From the human T2T-CHM13v2.0 reference genome, Homo sapiens, in assembly GCF_009914755.1 (NCBI RefSeq), contig NC_060927.1: a stretch of DNA of 64,000 nt, one strand, 5' to 3'. Under the pieces are notes generated by a model. The model ran no database searches, had not been told where the DNA came from, and worked only from the letters and a program-made list of their open reading frames with translations. How positions within the stretch are numbered: position 1 is the stretch's first letter; the number at the start of each line of letters is the position of its first letter. Both the position numbers and the translations under genes were made by a program. Below are positions 1-12,568 of this stretch, piece by piece.

Positions 1-258
1 GCATTTTTGGTACACACATTGTGACCTAATTTCAAAAAGAAACTTGCCAAATATTTCTTCAGTCTCCAAAAAATTAAACTAGGCTTCCCGCCAGATATCT
101 GGCTCTGGTTCCCAATCCAGGAACGGCTCCCAAATGCTGATTGTGAATAGGCTGTAGGTGAATGCCTTTTACAAAATAAAGTGCATTGTTTTTATTAAAG
201 GTAACCCTAGCTGCAAAATCCTGAAACCTTAATACCTTGAAATCAGAAAGTTTATTTC

Positions 259-385
259 AAGCTGAGTACAGTGGTGGCTGACAATGGTAGTCCTAGCTAC
301 TCAGGAAGCAGATGTGGGAGGATTACTTGAGACCAGGAGTTTGAGACCAGCCTGGACAGCACAGTGAGACCTTGTTTCAAAAAAG
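259..385 (+). mobile_element. Alu monomer (FLAM/FAM-like)
   Basis: Single Alu arm with A-tail; TSD AGAAAGTTT(A/G)TTTC at 245-258 and 386-399. Confidence 0.8.
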
Positions 386-2154
386 AGAAAGTTTGTTTCT
401 TACTTATGCAAGTCCGACCAGGGGTGGGAAGGGTCCAGTCAGGTGGGACTTGGGCTGATGAAAATTCTGTCATCTTCATCTTTTGTTTTCTAAGCTGGGC
501 CATAGCTGAGCATTGACATGGATCAAGAGAGGAGTATGGGAGGAGCAGGTGGAGTCCCCATTTTGTGGGCCAGACCTGTAAGTGGTATCTGCAGGCAGAG
601 GCAACATTGACTGGAATTCAGCCACATGACCACATTCAACTGCAAAGAAGGCTGGGAATTGTAGTTATAAATGTATGCCTTAGAAGGAAGAGAAGTGGGC
701 ATGGTGAATCCCAGGTCTGTTTCTGCCACAGAGCTGTGCTTGAAACAGGGTTAGGGAGCTTCTAAGGTAGAGTTTGGCTATTTTCCATAACATGGAGAGA
801 CCAAGGTATTCCTTTACTTTCAATGTTATTCCCCTTGTTCAAACTGGACCCCTTGACCTGACCTTTCCTGAGCCACATGGTGGGTCAATCTCTTCTGGCT
901 TCTTTGTTTGGATCTCAACTTTCCTGTTTCACTGAGAAGGCTGAGGACACTTCAGAGACCTGTAGATGGTCATCTGATATCCACCTGGCAGTGGAACACT
1001 GATAAAGTAAGCAGCCTTCCTTATGTCAGTCTATGAGCATCAGCTCTCATTTTGAACCTGTCAGAGTGTTTCTCATTGCCTTGAGACTCACTTACGGCTG
1101 GATGAGGCTCTTGGCAGCTCATGTGTTATTCCTCCCCCATTCCATTGTGAGATGGAGTTGCTGCAAGGCCATCCCTTTCCATGGTAACAGCCACAGACTC
1201 TGGTGCCACAGACATGGGCTGATGTCTCAGGAGGCAGGATCAGGCACATGGAAACAAGGGTCAGGGAGCACTTGTGGAGAGCCAGGAGAGCTCACTAATT
1301 CAGTCTGTTATTTCAGAATAGATAAGGTGTGTGTTTTTAAGGGGAGCTTCTACAACATTGTGTTCATTTAAACAGTGTAATCATTACACATGTTTTTCTA
1401 TAATGTACCTCCAGGATTCATAACAACAGACAAGATAATCACTTTGCTCCCAGAAGCAGGAGACAGTGTGGTTTTGAATGTAATGTTGTTAAATAAAATT
1501 GCATATCCTCAATGATATTCTGGCATTCTTCTCTGAGTCACTATCCTCAGTCAAGGTATATATACATTTTTGTGCAGAATTAATGAGGAATTTGGAGAAT
1601 AATAGGTTAAGAAAATATGGTTTGTATACAAGAGACTTTTTATTACAAATATCTCCAATTTGAAATATTTCCTTAAAAAATCAAAGCCTAAGGTACATTT
1701 CGTAGCTTAGTCTTCATATTTAATTTGATTACAGCAATGGACATTAAGTATGAAACAAGCTGTCCAAAGGGCTGTTGAATTATTTAATTACCTCTGGGAT
1801 TTAGGAGGTGAGAGTCAGCATAAACAATTCCACAAGTGGGATGTGTTAGAAAGATCAGCTCTTTCTGTCTCAAGCCTAGTAATTTGAACGATGTGACTAT
1901 CCAAACACCAGTTGCTGTTGAACAAAATATTAAATGCTTAAATCTGTTTGCAATATTTTACTTTCCAGATGGTCATTTATCCAAAAGCAGTACTGAATGT
2001 GTTTTAAAAGTATTTTCAGTTAAATGAATTTTCAATGAGGTTAACATTCAGAATTAGTTTTTTAAAAAGGAAAAAATATACTTACATTTAAGGACATTCT
2101 TTTATTACCATATATGTAACATTGAAATAGTTTCTAACAATCAAACTAGAAAAT

Positions 2155-2560
2155 TAAACAGAATTTATTAAGGAAGTTTGAGCATCTACCATGTTCCAGT
2201 TCTGAGGATACAGGGATGCAGAGTCAGGGCTTCTTGCCCTGAATGATCCTGGAGTCTGTTCAGGGAAGACAACACTACAGTCAAGTTTTTTTGGTGTGAT
2301 ATTAGAAGTGTGAAGGAAATGCTATAAAATTCAGGTAAAAGGGTGATTAGTTATGCCGGGAGGCAGGGAGACAGGGAAGAGAAGCATCAGGAAAAAATAC
2401 ACTTAAGATGCACCATTTCAACTAGACTTACACAAGAATGCATGGGGGTTTGTGGGAATGCGAACCAATGAGGAAGCAGGTAAGAAATGGCTGAGGGAAA
2501 GAAACATGTAATCGGCAGCTTCAGAACAAATTGGTTGACTTTTGTTTTTTTTTTTAGGCT
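2155..2560 (-). mobile_element. L2 LINE fragment
   Basis: Degenerate antisense L2 3' sequence (TTGAGCATCTACCATGTTCCAG...GGATACAG). Confidence 0.5.
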
Positions 2561-3622
2561 AACCCACCAAATTGCTATTAACTGGAAAAAAGTTATGAGG
2601 ATGGGACTGATAACATTTCTAAATGCAGGAAATATTCCCAATTAAGCCTCATTCATCTGACATTGTCAGAGAATGAAAATTTTCACCCAGGTGATTTTTC
2701 TAATACCTGAAACTTTCTAATTTAAGTGTCAAGGCTTTATTTTAACTTTCTAAACCTGAAGAAACAACTTGACAACTCTCATTTATCTTAATAAATGTCA
2801 GCTATTGTGCTATGTTAAAATATCCTCAGGGGCTATTAAAGCATATGGATCTATCTGCCTTGAAAATTGGAGGCCTCATTTTGCTATTTTATTTTTAAAT
2901 TTTGGCTTCTGAAATTTTTCCTCCTCTATTATTTTTTCTGTATCCTCACCTTGCTGTAAGCTTTTCTTGCTGCTGTCAGGATGCCTGCCTCTGATAGTTC
3001 TTTTAATCTAATTTGCTATCTTTACTTTAGGGAGGGATGGGAAATAAGAAATCCAGTCGTGTTCAAATTATGACCAAGAAAGAATACATGGTTTATGAAT
3101 TGAGGTACTCAACCAGGAGGTTTGAAATGTAGGCTTTGGGATATCTTATTTGTTCATTTGTTCATTCTTGGTTGTGTTTTATCTGGAAAGGTTTCTAAAA
3201 AAGGTGATCTCTACAAATTCAGTTGTTACTCTATTTGAACTAACATTTGAATCTGTTTGGGAAAATGTCAAATGCTGAAATTACTTCAAGTTTATGTTTA
3301 TCTTGGAATAAACCATAGAGATTTTATAAAAGCAAACCATATAGAACACAATATTTCAAAATGTTGATGGGATGCTTGTAGTCTACATTTTATAAATTTC
3401 TCAGCCAAAGAAAACATTCTAGCACAAATAGAGTAAACAAAGTGAAACTATTCATTTGTCTTCTATAGCAGAGACACACTGAGGGCTTTTCAGTGGATTG
3501 TTTTTCAACAGTTTTGCCTTGGAACTTTGGTGATTAAACATTTACAATTATTGTACAGTGAAATGGCATTTCAAGAGGCAGGATGGTATATTTGGGAATT
3601 CAAAATATATAAACAGATTTAG

Positions 3623-3976
<354 letters not shown>

Positions 3977-4711
3977 TAATAACTCAGAGAGTATTCAAAT
4001 CATGCAACTATTAGGCTGCCAGGCAAAGATTTAAGTCCTTGTCCACTAAGCCCATGCTCCTGGAAACTTGCACTTTATTCCAGTCCTTACAATAATGACT
4101 GCTTAATAGTGCCAATTTACCTGGATGTCTATTACCTTATTTGTAAAACAAGATAATTAAATCAGTTTATTTTTAAGAGTTCTTCTAGCTCTAGTTAGAC
4201 TCCTAGATATTTTAGATTAATTGTAAGTGCCTAGAAGATGAAGAGAGAGATTGCTTGATTGGAATGATCCCAGTGAGACTTCTTAGTGCATGATATCACA
4301 AAACTGAAAATATAAAATTTTAGGCTTGCTTTTGTAGTTGAGATTTACTTTTCATGGTGCCATTCTGCACCCCAGCCTCCAAGGCCTTGTCATGGACAAG
4401 TTCCAGACCCCATAGAAATAACGTGTCAAAGAAGATAGATAAGCCCCATGGCAGAGCATGTGGCACCAGTGTCAAAATATGTGGAGTTCTTTGCAACTTT
4501 CAAAACTGCTTTCTGAGTAGGCACTTAAGGAGTGATGGAGGTATTTCTTGCTAGATGAAGAACAAATAAGCATCATTCAGATAATCTCTCATTTCTCTTT
4601 AGCAAGGGAGAAAGTCATATTTAAAGCCATCCCCATCCATTTTGTACTCATGCAGCCCATAACATTGAAGTCCCCTGAAAATTATTGCTTGTGAGAAGTC
4701 TAAGTCTCCCA

Positions 4712-4820
4712 CGTATAACTGTGTGTTCTGTGCACTGCACAACACTAGGGGGCACAATCCACATGGGTTAAAATTTGGATGGCAGTCCTTGGAGTTGTGC
4801 AGTGTATGTGGTAACCCTTA
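4712..4820. mobile_element. MER91-like hAT MITE relic carrying a CTCF-like motif
   Basis: Internal inverted TGCACTGCACAAC / GTTGTGCAGTGTA arms; ACACTAGGGGGCAC at 4742-4755. Confidence 0.45.
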
Positions 4821-4849
4821 GACACTGACAGCATTGCAGGTATTATAAT

Positions 4850-5065
4850 AATAATCACCATTTATTGAGCCATTTATTCTGTACTAGTTACATCAAATAC
4901 AATATTTCTTATAATTTTCACAACACCCTATTAGGTAATATGATGAGCTATAGTTTCCGGGGGAAGAAACTGTGACTCAGAAAGTGCCCACTGGTGGGTT
5001 GTAGTGGCAAGATTTGAACCCAAGCCTTCCTGACTTCATAGCCTGTGCTCTTTCTACTATACTGT
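4850..5065 (-). mobile_element. MIR SINE
   Basis: MIR core-like GAAGAAACTGTGACTCAGAAAG and GATTTGAACCCAAGCCTTCCTGACT. Confidence 0.65.
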
Positions 5066-5656
5066 ACTCTCTGTGGAAATTCCCCTAAGCCAGGCCAGTG
5101 CAGACTGGGATAAAGAAGAAGGTGATCTCAGCACCCTGCAAGCATTACTTCAGTGTTGACTTAACAGCATGAGACCACAATACTATCATGATCTCAAACC
5201 TTCCATGGCTCAACATTACTTAAAAAGAGAGCCTAGAGCCTAAATAATGTGACTGAGACCTCATCTCCCATCCTTTCCACGCCGCTCACCTACCTCTCCT
5301 CCAAAGTAGTCATTGCTTCTAACTGCCACGTTTTGAGGTATTTCTGGCCACATTGTGCACTTTTGCACATCTGGGCCCCATGGACCATTTCCCTTCGTTT
5401 AGCTTTAGACTAAGGCCACATTTTGGCATCTTTTGGGAACTTTTGAATAAAGAGCAAGAGAGTCATGCCCAAAGTAGGTGAGGAGAGTTTTTGCTACAGA
5501 TGCCAGAGCTCCACTCAAAGATGCTTTCTAGTTGAGGACTGTGGGACCAATGCAGAATAGCAGTTAAATCTCAAGGGCCAGTCTTGCCCACAAACCCTCT
5601 ATGCCAAGGTAGAGATCTATAGATGTAGTCACCAATAAATACGCTCATTTTTTTCT

Positions 5657-5807
5657 TTTTTTTTTAAACTTTTATTTTTGGTTTGGGGGTACATGCAAAG
5701 ATTTGTTACATGGGTAAACTTGTGTCACAGGGGTTTGTTGTACAGGTTATTTCATTATCTAGGTACTAAGTCTAGTACCAAATAGTTATTTTTTCTATCC
5801 TCTCCTA
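5657..5807 (-). mobile_element. Short 5'-truncated L1 3' end (older L1PA type)
   Basis: Antisense L1 3'UTR (GGGGTACATGCAAAGATTTGTTACATGGG); 13-bp TSD CTCATTTTTTTCT at 5644-5656 and 5808-5820. Confidence 0.85.
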
Positions 5808-6139
5808 CTCATTTTTTTCTAAAGCAAGGTTATAGTGCGTATGTATCATACATTGGGGGGGGGGATTGTTTTTATGCTATAACGCAGGAGTATACAGTAG
5901 ATAAGCAGTAGGGATAAGGAAAAGGAATCAGGTGAGACTGAAGATGCTACCTTTGGGTCTAGGGAGAAGGAGCTAAGGCTGGCTCAACAGGGGCTCTCCA
6001 TTAGTCATGTGTTGTACTCCCATGCACTGTAACATGCACCCCCTCCCCTATCCTACCAGGACTGTTGTGTTGTATTCACTGAGAAAATCTCGACTAACAG
6101 GAGATGTGAGGGATTGCCTAGAAAAACACCAATGAATGA

Positions 6140-6547
<408 letters not shown>

Positions 6548-8936
6548 TGATGTTGTCTCAGGGTATCTTCTCTGATCCTCTGCTCTTTTCCCAGACTGGG
6601 TTTAGCCTCAGTGATTGCCTCTATCTTTGCTCATATCACATCACTTCGTAGTCTTTACTGGTTTCTCTCCTCTCCTCCACTGAGAGCTCCTTGATGACAA
6701 AGGCAATGTTTTATGCATTGTGTTTTGTTAACACAACACACACATACTATACTTAGCTGTGGTCTTGCCACATATAGCTAGACCCCAAGGTAGCTCTGGC
6801 AAGGGTGAAGAGAAGATGGCAGTGACAGGAGGAGCAATCCCTCTAGATGGTTCCCAGTGAGATGAAGGCAGATGTCTCACAGCATCACCTGCAGAGCACT
6901 AGTGAGCAAACACGTGAACAAGAGCAGAAAGATGAAGTTCCGGTAAATAATCAGAATAGAAAAATATGCGCTGGACTGTAGTGTGGTGTCCCTTGTCCAA
7001 ATTGACTTGGTTGGTCCCAATACTTCCCCACCCCGGCAGTGGCAGTGCATTCCCACTCCTCTAGCCCCACCAGCTCTGGCCTCAGTTTTTATTTTAGACC
7101 TGGATGTTCTTGGATGACTGCGACATGTCCAAGATATACAGTGTTCAACAAATCACCTCGTTAGCCAAGAAAAATTTAGAACTAGGCTATAAAGGTGTTT
7201 GCTATATTCCAAGAATAACATAAATCTCACGAGCCTGGTATCTTTTATAACTAGTGAATAATTCATGGACTCCAAGTCTCGCCAGTAACAAAGGAGGAAG
7301 GATCATCACCTCTATAGCATGATTAGAGCAATTACTTTTTAAGATACACAGAACATCAGATGTAGATTAGAAGAATCTTAGAGATTACCTAAGTCTGAGC
7401 CAGTAGAGAAACTAAGGGGTCAGAAAGGTCAAGACCTGTCCAAGGTCACACTATTGTTTATGAATCCTGAACAGGTGTAGATGAAGTCTGCCCACCACCC
7501 AGAGCTGCGTGAGCTTCTGTATGTGGCTTCTGTGTCCCAGGCCTCCCGTGCCCCATCAGCAGGACGGGGCAGGCAGCACCTGTCTCATCACATGGCCTTG
7601 TTGCTTTTTCCTGCACTCTGCTGACCATGTGATTGCACAGTACTTAAATATCCTAAAAAGAATATGAAAATCATCGTTCCTGAGACATAGAAGGAAAGCA
7701 AGAAAGACATTAACTGTCCTTCTCAGCTGTTCAGAGGCATTTCTTACAGTCTTACCACATTGAGCTTAAAATTGATCTTAGTTTGTATTGACAACCAAAG
7801 GGATAAATAGTTCTCTTATTAAATATAGTTTCTATCCTCCACCTTTAAACTGGGATCTTTTATGACATTGACCTGCTTTTAGAACTTTATGAAAAGAAAC
7901 TTCAGTTCCAGACAAATATTGGCTTTCTCATTTCTCTCTCCTTTCCTGGGCCCAGTTCCAAATTTGGAGGACAGAATGAGAGGGACACATGGGAGAGGGC
8001 TCATGCCCCATGTTTTAGAAACTGCTTTCCTGGTTCACCTGTGATTCTTCCTTGGCCCTCCGCTGGCACCACTGCCTGAACCTCCAGGTGTTCTCAGCCC
8101 TGGAGGAACCACTTTCATGGCTCACATACTCAGATTTAACTGGTGGCTACCATAAGTGATGTCACTGGTGCAACTTTACTTGGGAATGCTAATTTCTCCC
8201 TAACTCCATTGTACTGTGTTTTTTTTTTTTTTTTTTTTTTTTTTTTGTTCCCCCTAGCTTTTCTGGCCTTTTCTTTATAAGCTCTTATTTCTTCTTTCAT
8301 GCTCAGGGCTTTTGCTGCTAGGGTGAAAATGGAAATAGGTTTATGAGAGAAAAGGTAGCTATTGGGAGTTTAAAATTAAAGCAAGGAAATTGTTAATCTC
8401 TATGCAATGTTGATTGTGCACAAAGCATCATTCTGATCATTATAACTGGAGTTTACAAGCTTGTGTCAGATACAGTCCCTTCCCTAAAAGAGCTTATAAT
8501 CTGGATGGGGAGTTAAGAGGTACACTTGCAAGAGATGTATCTCATACTCTGGAACAGCATATTATGTCTTTGTTTCCCAAAGGAGGTACAAGTACCACTC
8601 ATACGGCATTAAATAACTGATTCACTTTGTAAATGTAGTGTATTCCTGTTTCAATTTCCTTTCATTTTTTTCTCATTATCTAAAAAGAAGGGAAGAGAAA
8701 ATCTCAGATTTGTGCTAAATTATCTTTAAAACCTTTCTAATACTTTTAAATCTTTGTCAATAAAAGATAAAAAGAGTTAAGACTCTGATCCCAAGCCTCT
8801 GGACACTAAGTATCCAGCTGCAATGTAATAACATTCTTCATTTTTATTGCATTTTTTACAGACTACATTCTATTTTATTACAAGTGATAAAGTTTTTCTG
8901 TTTATGGTGGTAGTAAGATAATGTTTTCTGACTAAA

Positions 8937-9288
8937 TGTCTTAGTTCAGGCTGTTACCATAGACTTAATGGCTTAAACAATGCACATTAATTTCTCACAG
9001 TTCTGGAGGCTGAAGTCTGAGATCAGGGTGCCAGCAGGGTCAGGTTCTTGGTAAGGGCTCTCTTCCCGGTTGAAGGGCCGCTGCTCTCTCCTTCCAGTGT
9101 CCTTACATGGTGAAAAGACAGCAAGCTACCTTTGGCCTCTTCTTATAAGGGCATTAATCCTATTCTGAGGGCTCCAAGATCACAACTCGCTTACCTCCCA
9201 AAGGCCCTATATCCTAATATCATCACACTGGGGGTTAAGATTCCCACATATGAATTTTGGGAGGAATGCAAACATTCAGTACATAACA
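8937..9288 (-). mobile_element. MaLR solo LTR (MLT1A-like)
   Basis: TG...CA ends, MLT1A motifs (CACAGTTCTGGAGGCTGAAGTCTGAGATCAGGGTGCCAGCA), 5-bp TSD CTAAA. Confidence 0.85.
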
Positions 9289-9694
9289 CTAAAAAAATTC
9301 ATTTAGGTAGAAAAAGCAACTTAATTCCAAATAGTAAATAAATAATGGTATAGGATATACAAAAATACGGCAGAAATCACAAGGGGTGTGCAAATGTTTG
9401 TGAAACGGTTTAGAAGTGTGAAGTGAGGGCTTTAGGTTTGAATTGCAAGTGGAATTTCAATGAATAATTGTGTACCGGGGCTGGGAAGAATTCCTAGAGG
9501 AGGTGAGCTTTAAGGGAGCATGTGCGCGTGTGTGAAGATTCATGTCAGCAGAGATGTAAGATGTGATGGCAGGTGGGAGGTGTGAGTGTGAAGCTGTTAG
9601 ACCGAATGAACAGTTTATGTCCAGGAGTCACAGTTGGAGGAGAGTCACAGCTGGAATCATGTGGTGGAAAAACCCATATGTGAGGAGTTTCTTT

Positions 9695-11235
9695 GCTTTT
9701 TTTTTTTTAAACTTTCTATTTTGAGATAACTGTTTATTCATATGCAGGTATAAGCAGCAATAGAGAGATTCCATATATCCTTTGCCTAGTTTCCCCAAAT
9801 GATGGTATCTTGCCTTGCCACAGTTCAATAGCACAATCAGGAAACTGATGATGACACAAGCCCCTGCCCTTATTCAGATTTTTCCAATATTATATGCACT
9901 CATTTTTGAGTAATTTATATTTAGTTCCATGCAGTTTGGTTACATGTATTGATTGATGTAACCACTACCATAATCAAGACACAACAGTTCCATTATAAGA
10001 ATCCCACCTCTACACTTTTATAGCCATAGCCATCTTCTTCCCTTTTGTCTTTTCTAACCCATGACAATTATGAATTTGTTATTCCTCTCTAGCTACAATT
10101 TTGCCATTTTGAGAATGTTATATATATGGAATGATACAGATTCCAAAATGCAACCTTTTGGTATTAGCTTTTTTTTTTTCCCACACTCAGCGTAAGCCTC
10201 TCGAGATTTATTCAACTGGTTGTTTTGACCAATAGTTCATTCCTTTTACTTGCTGAGTGGTATTTCGTAGTATGAATATGCCACAGTTTAATCATTCACC
10301 CATTATGGAATATTTGGGTTGTTTCTAGATTTTGGCTATTATGAATAAAGATGTTATAAACATTTGTGTACAAGTTTTCATGTGAACATAAGTTTTCATT
10401 TCTCTGGGATAAATGCCCAACAGTGTGATTGCTGTGTCATATAGTAAGTTTGGAATGTTTAGTCTTATAAGAAACTTTTCTGGAGTGGCTGAACCATTTA
10501 ACATTCCTACCAGCAATTTATGAGGGATCCAGTTTCTCTGAATCTTTGACAGCATTTAGTGTTATCACCATTTGTATTTTAGCTATTGTGATAGGTGTGT
10601 AGTGATCTCTCATTGTGGATTTCATTTGTATTTCCCTAATGGCTAATGATCTTTTGATGCTCTTATGTGCCATCTGTATATCTTCTTCAGTGAAATGTTT
10701 GTTCATATCTTTTGCCCGTTTACCAATTAGATTGTTTATGTTTTTATTGTTGAGTTTGGAGAGTTCTTTGTATGTTCTAGATATAAGTCTTTTGTCAGAT
10801 ATGTGGTTTGCAAATGTTTTCTCCCAGTCTGTAATTTGCTTTTTAAAATCCCCTTCACGTGGTATTTCATAGAGCAGAAGTTGTTAATGTTGATGAAATC
10901 TAATTTATGAGCTTTTCCTTTTATGGATTGTGCTTTTGGTGTCAAGTCTAATAAGTCTTCACTTAACTCTAGGTTCTGAGGATTTTCTCCTGTTTTTACC
11001 TACAAGTTTATAGTTTTACATTTTACATTTAAATCCATGATCAATTTTGCGTTGATTTTTGTATAAAGATGAGGTTTAGGTCAATGGTTCATTTATTTTT
11101 GTTTGTTGCTGTTCTGCTTTGCCTCGCTTATGGATATCCAGTTGCTCCAGCACCATTTGATGGAAAAGCTATTCTTCCTCCACAGATTTGCTCTTCATAT
11201 TTGTCAAAAATAATTAGCCATATTTGTGTGAACCC
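9695..11235 (-). mobile_element. Old L1 (L1MB/L1MC-type) 3' portion with ORF2 C-terminal relic
   Basis: Minus-strand peptides MNKHFTEEDIQMAHK..IREIQMKSTMRDHYTP and LLGIYPREMKTYVHMKTCTQMF are L1 ORF2-like. Confidence 0.88.
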
Positions 11236-11449
11236 TTTGCCTTTTACAACCACTTGTTGATATTTGTCTATCATTTGACAGCAACATCTGAAAGAGGTTA
11301 ATGGACCTTTCACCCAAATGAATCATGCCTCTAGTATAAAAAATTATTTGATTACAAAATATTTAATAATTTAGAGAAGTCTCATTACATACTCATGAAT
11401 CATCCCTAAGGCTTTATGGTCCTTATAAAAACAGATTGGCCCAGATCCC

Positions 11450-11814
11450 ACCAAAATATTTCCTTTTACCTAAATAGAAAGACATGGGAAAAAGTTCCCA
11501 TATTTTTTTTCCCCAGGGCCAGTACATAGTTGCTTATGTTTGACTCTGAGTACTTTAAAGGGATGAGAAAAGTGATTGGCCACCAAAAGCCTCCTTTATG
11601 CACAGGCCTGGGCAGGGACACACAACCAACAGCTCTGTCGGGAACTTAGGAGCCTGCTCGCCTACAAAAATGATAAGAGAGATCTAAAGAAAACAAGCTA
11701 AACCTTTTGAGGGACATACTGAAGCCAGATAACCCAAGGTATTCACAGCAAGATACAGTGAGTCTTAAAGTTAAGCACCGTGCAATTAGCTTTGCTTCCT
11801 TGGGTTTTTGAAAC
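11450..11814 (+). promoter_or_regulatory. Inferred non-CpG-island alternative promoter/5'UTR of the Kvbeta1.2 transcript; contains a 5-codon upstream ORF (11670-11687)
   Basis: Unique, non-repeat sequence directly upstream of a first coding exon; ATG ATA AGA GAG ATC TAA at 11670-11687. The TSS cannot be determined from sequence. Confidence 0.45.
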
Positions 11815-12056
11815 ATGCATCTGTATAAACCTGCCTGTGCAGACATCCCGAGCCCCAAGCTGGGTCTGCCAAAATCCAGTGAATCGGCTCTAAAATGTAG
11901 ATGGCACCTAGCAGTGACCAAGACTCAGCCTCAGGCGGCCTGCAAACCTGTGAGGCCCAGTGGAGCAGCCGAACAGAAATATGTGGAAAAGTTTCTACGT
12001 GTTCATGGAATTTCGTTGCAGGAAACCACCAGAGCAGAGACGGGCATGGCATACAG
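11815..12056 (+). CDS. KCNAB1: KCNAB1 alternative first coding exon encoding the Kvbeta1.2 isoform-specific N-terminus (inactivation domain); splices to common exons outside the window
   Basis: Translation MHLYKPACADIPSPKLGLPKSSESALKCRWHLAVTKTQPQAACKPVRPSGAAEQKYVEKFLRVHGISLQETTRAETGMAYR matches the recalled human Kvbeta1.2 N-terminus, which continues NLGKSG in the common exons. Context is AACATGC with an in-frame TGA at 11809-11811. Donor CAG|GTACTG follows 12056 (242 nt, phase 2). Confidence 0.96.
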
Positions 12057-12531
12057 GTACTGCTGATTGCAAAGTCATCCAACCAGGGCACTGCACTGAT
12101 GTCAAAGGTTGTTATTAAAGAAATAAGGACTGAAATAGCAAGACAAAACCCTGTAAGAAAAAGAAGGAAAAATGCAGTGAGCCCTCTTCTTGGGTTGCAT
12201 TCTTGTTTTTTGGTTTTTTTTTTTTTTAGCTTTAAGCGTTCTCTTTTCTCAGAGGGTTACAGAAAAGACAGTCAAGTTCATCTGTGGAAACTCCTAACCA
12301 TGTGCTCCAGAAGAAGTATCTTTGGCTCTGAGTAGGGAGGTGATTTGGCAGGTCAAAATGAAGAGTGGGGACTCCATTCTTCTTAAGGGAAAGAGAATTT
12401 ATAGGTTAAGAGTAGAATTTTTTTTTTTAATGCTGCCTGGGATTCAAGACTTATTTTCTTCTAAACTTGAATCATGTGGTCTGTACTAATAGCTAATAAA
12501 GTAGTTCAAGTTCTCCTTGAAATGACAGCAC

Positions 12532-12532
12532 T

Positions 12533-12563
<31 letters not shown>

Positions 12564-12568
12564 TTTTT
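12532..12568. repeat. (TTTA)n microsatellite
   Basis: Direct observation. Confidence 0.9.

Noticed and set aside
11901-12335. 144-aa overlapping ORF as an independent gene
   Set aside because: It is out of frame with the known exon and runs through the donor and a poly-T tract, with no recognisable domain. Only its tail is considered, as a possible spliced extension.
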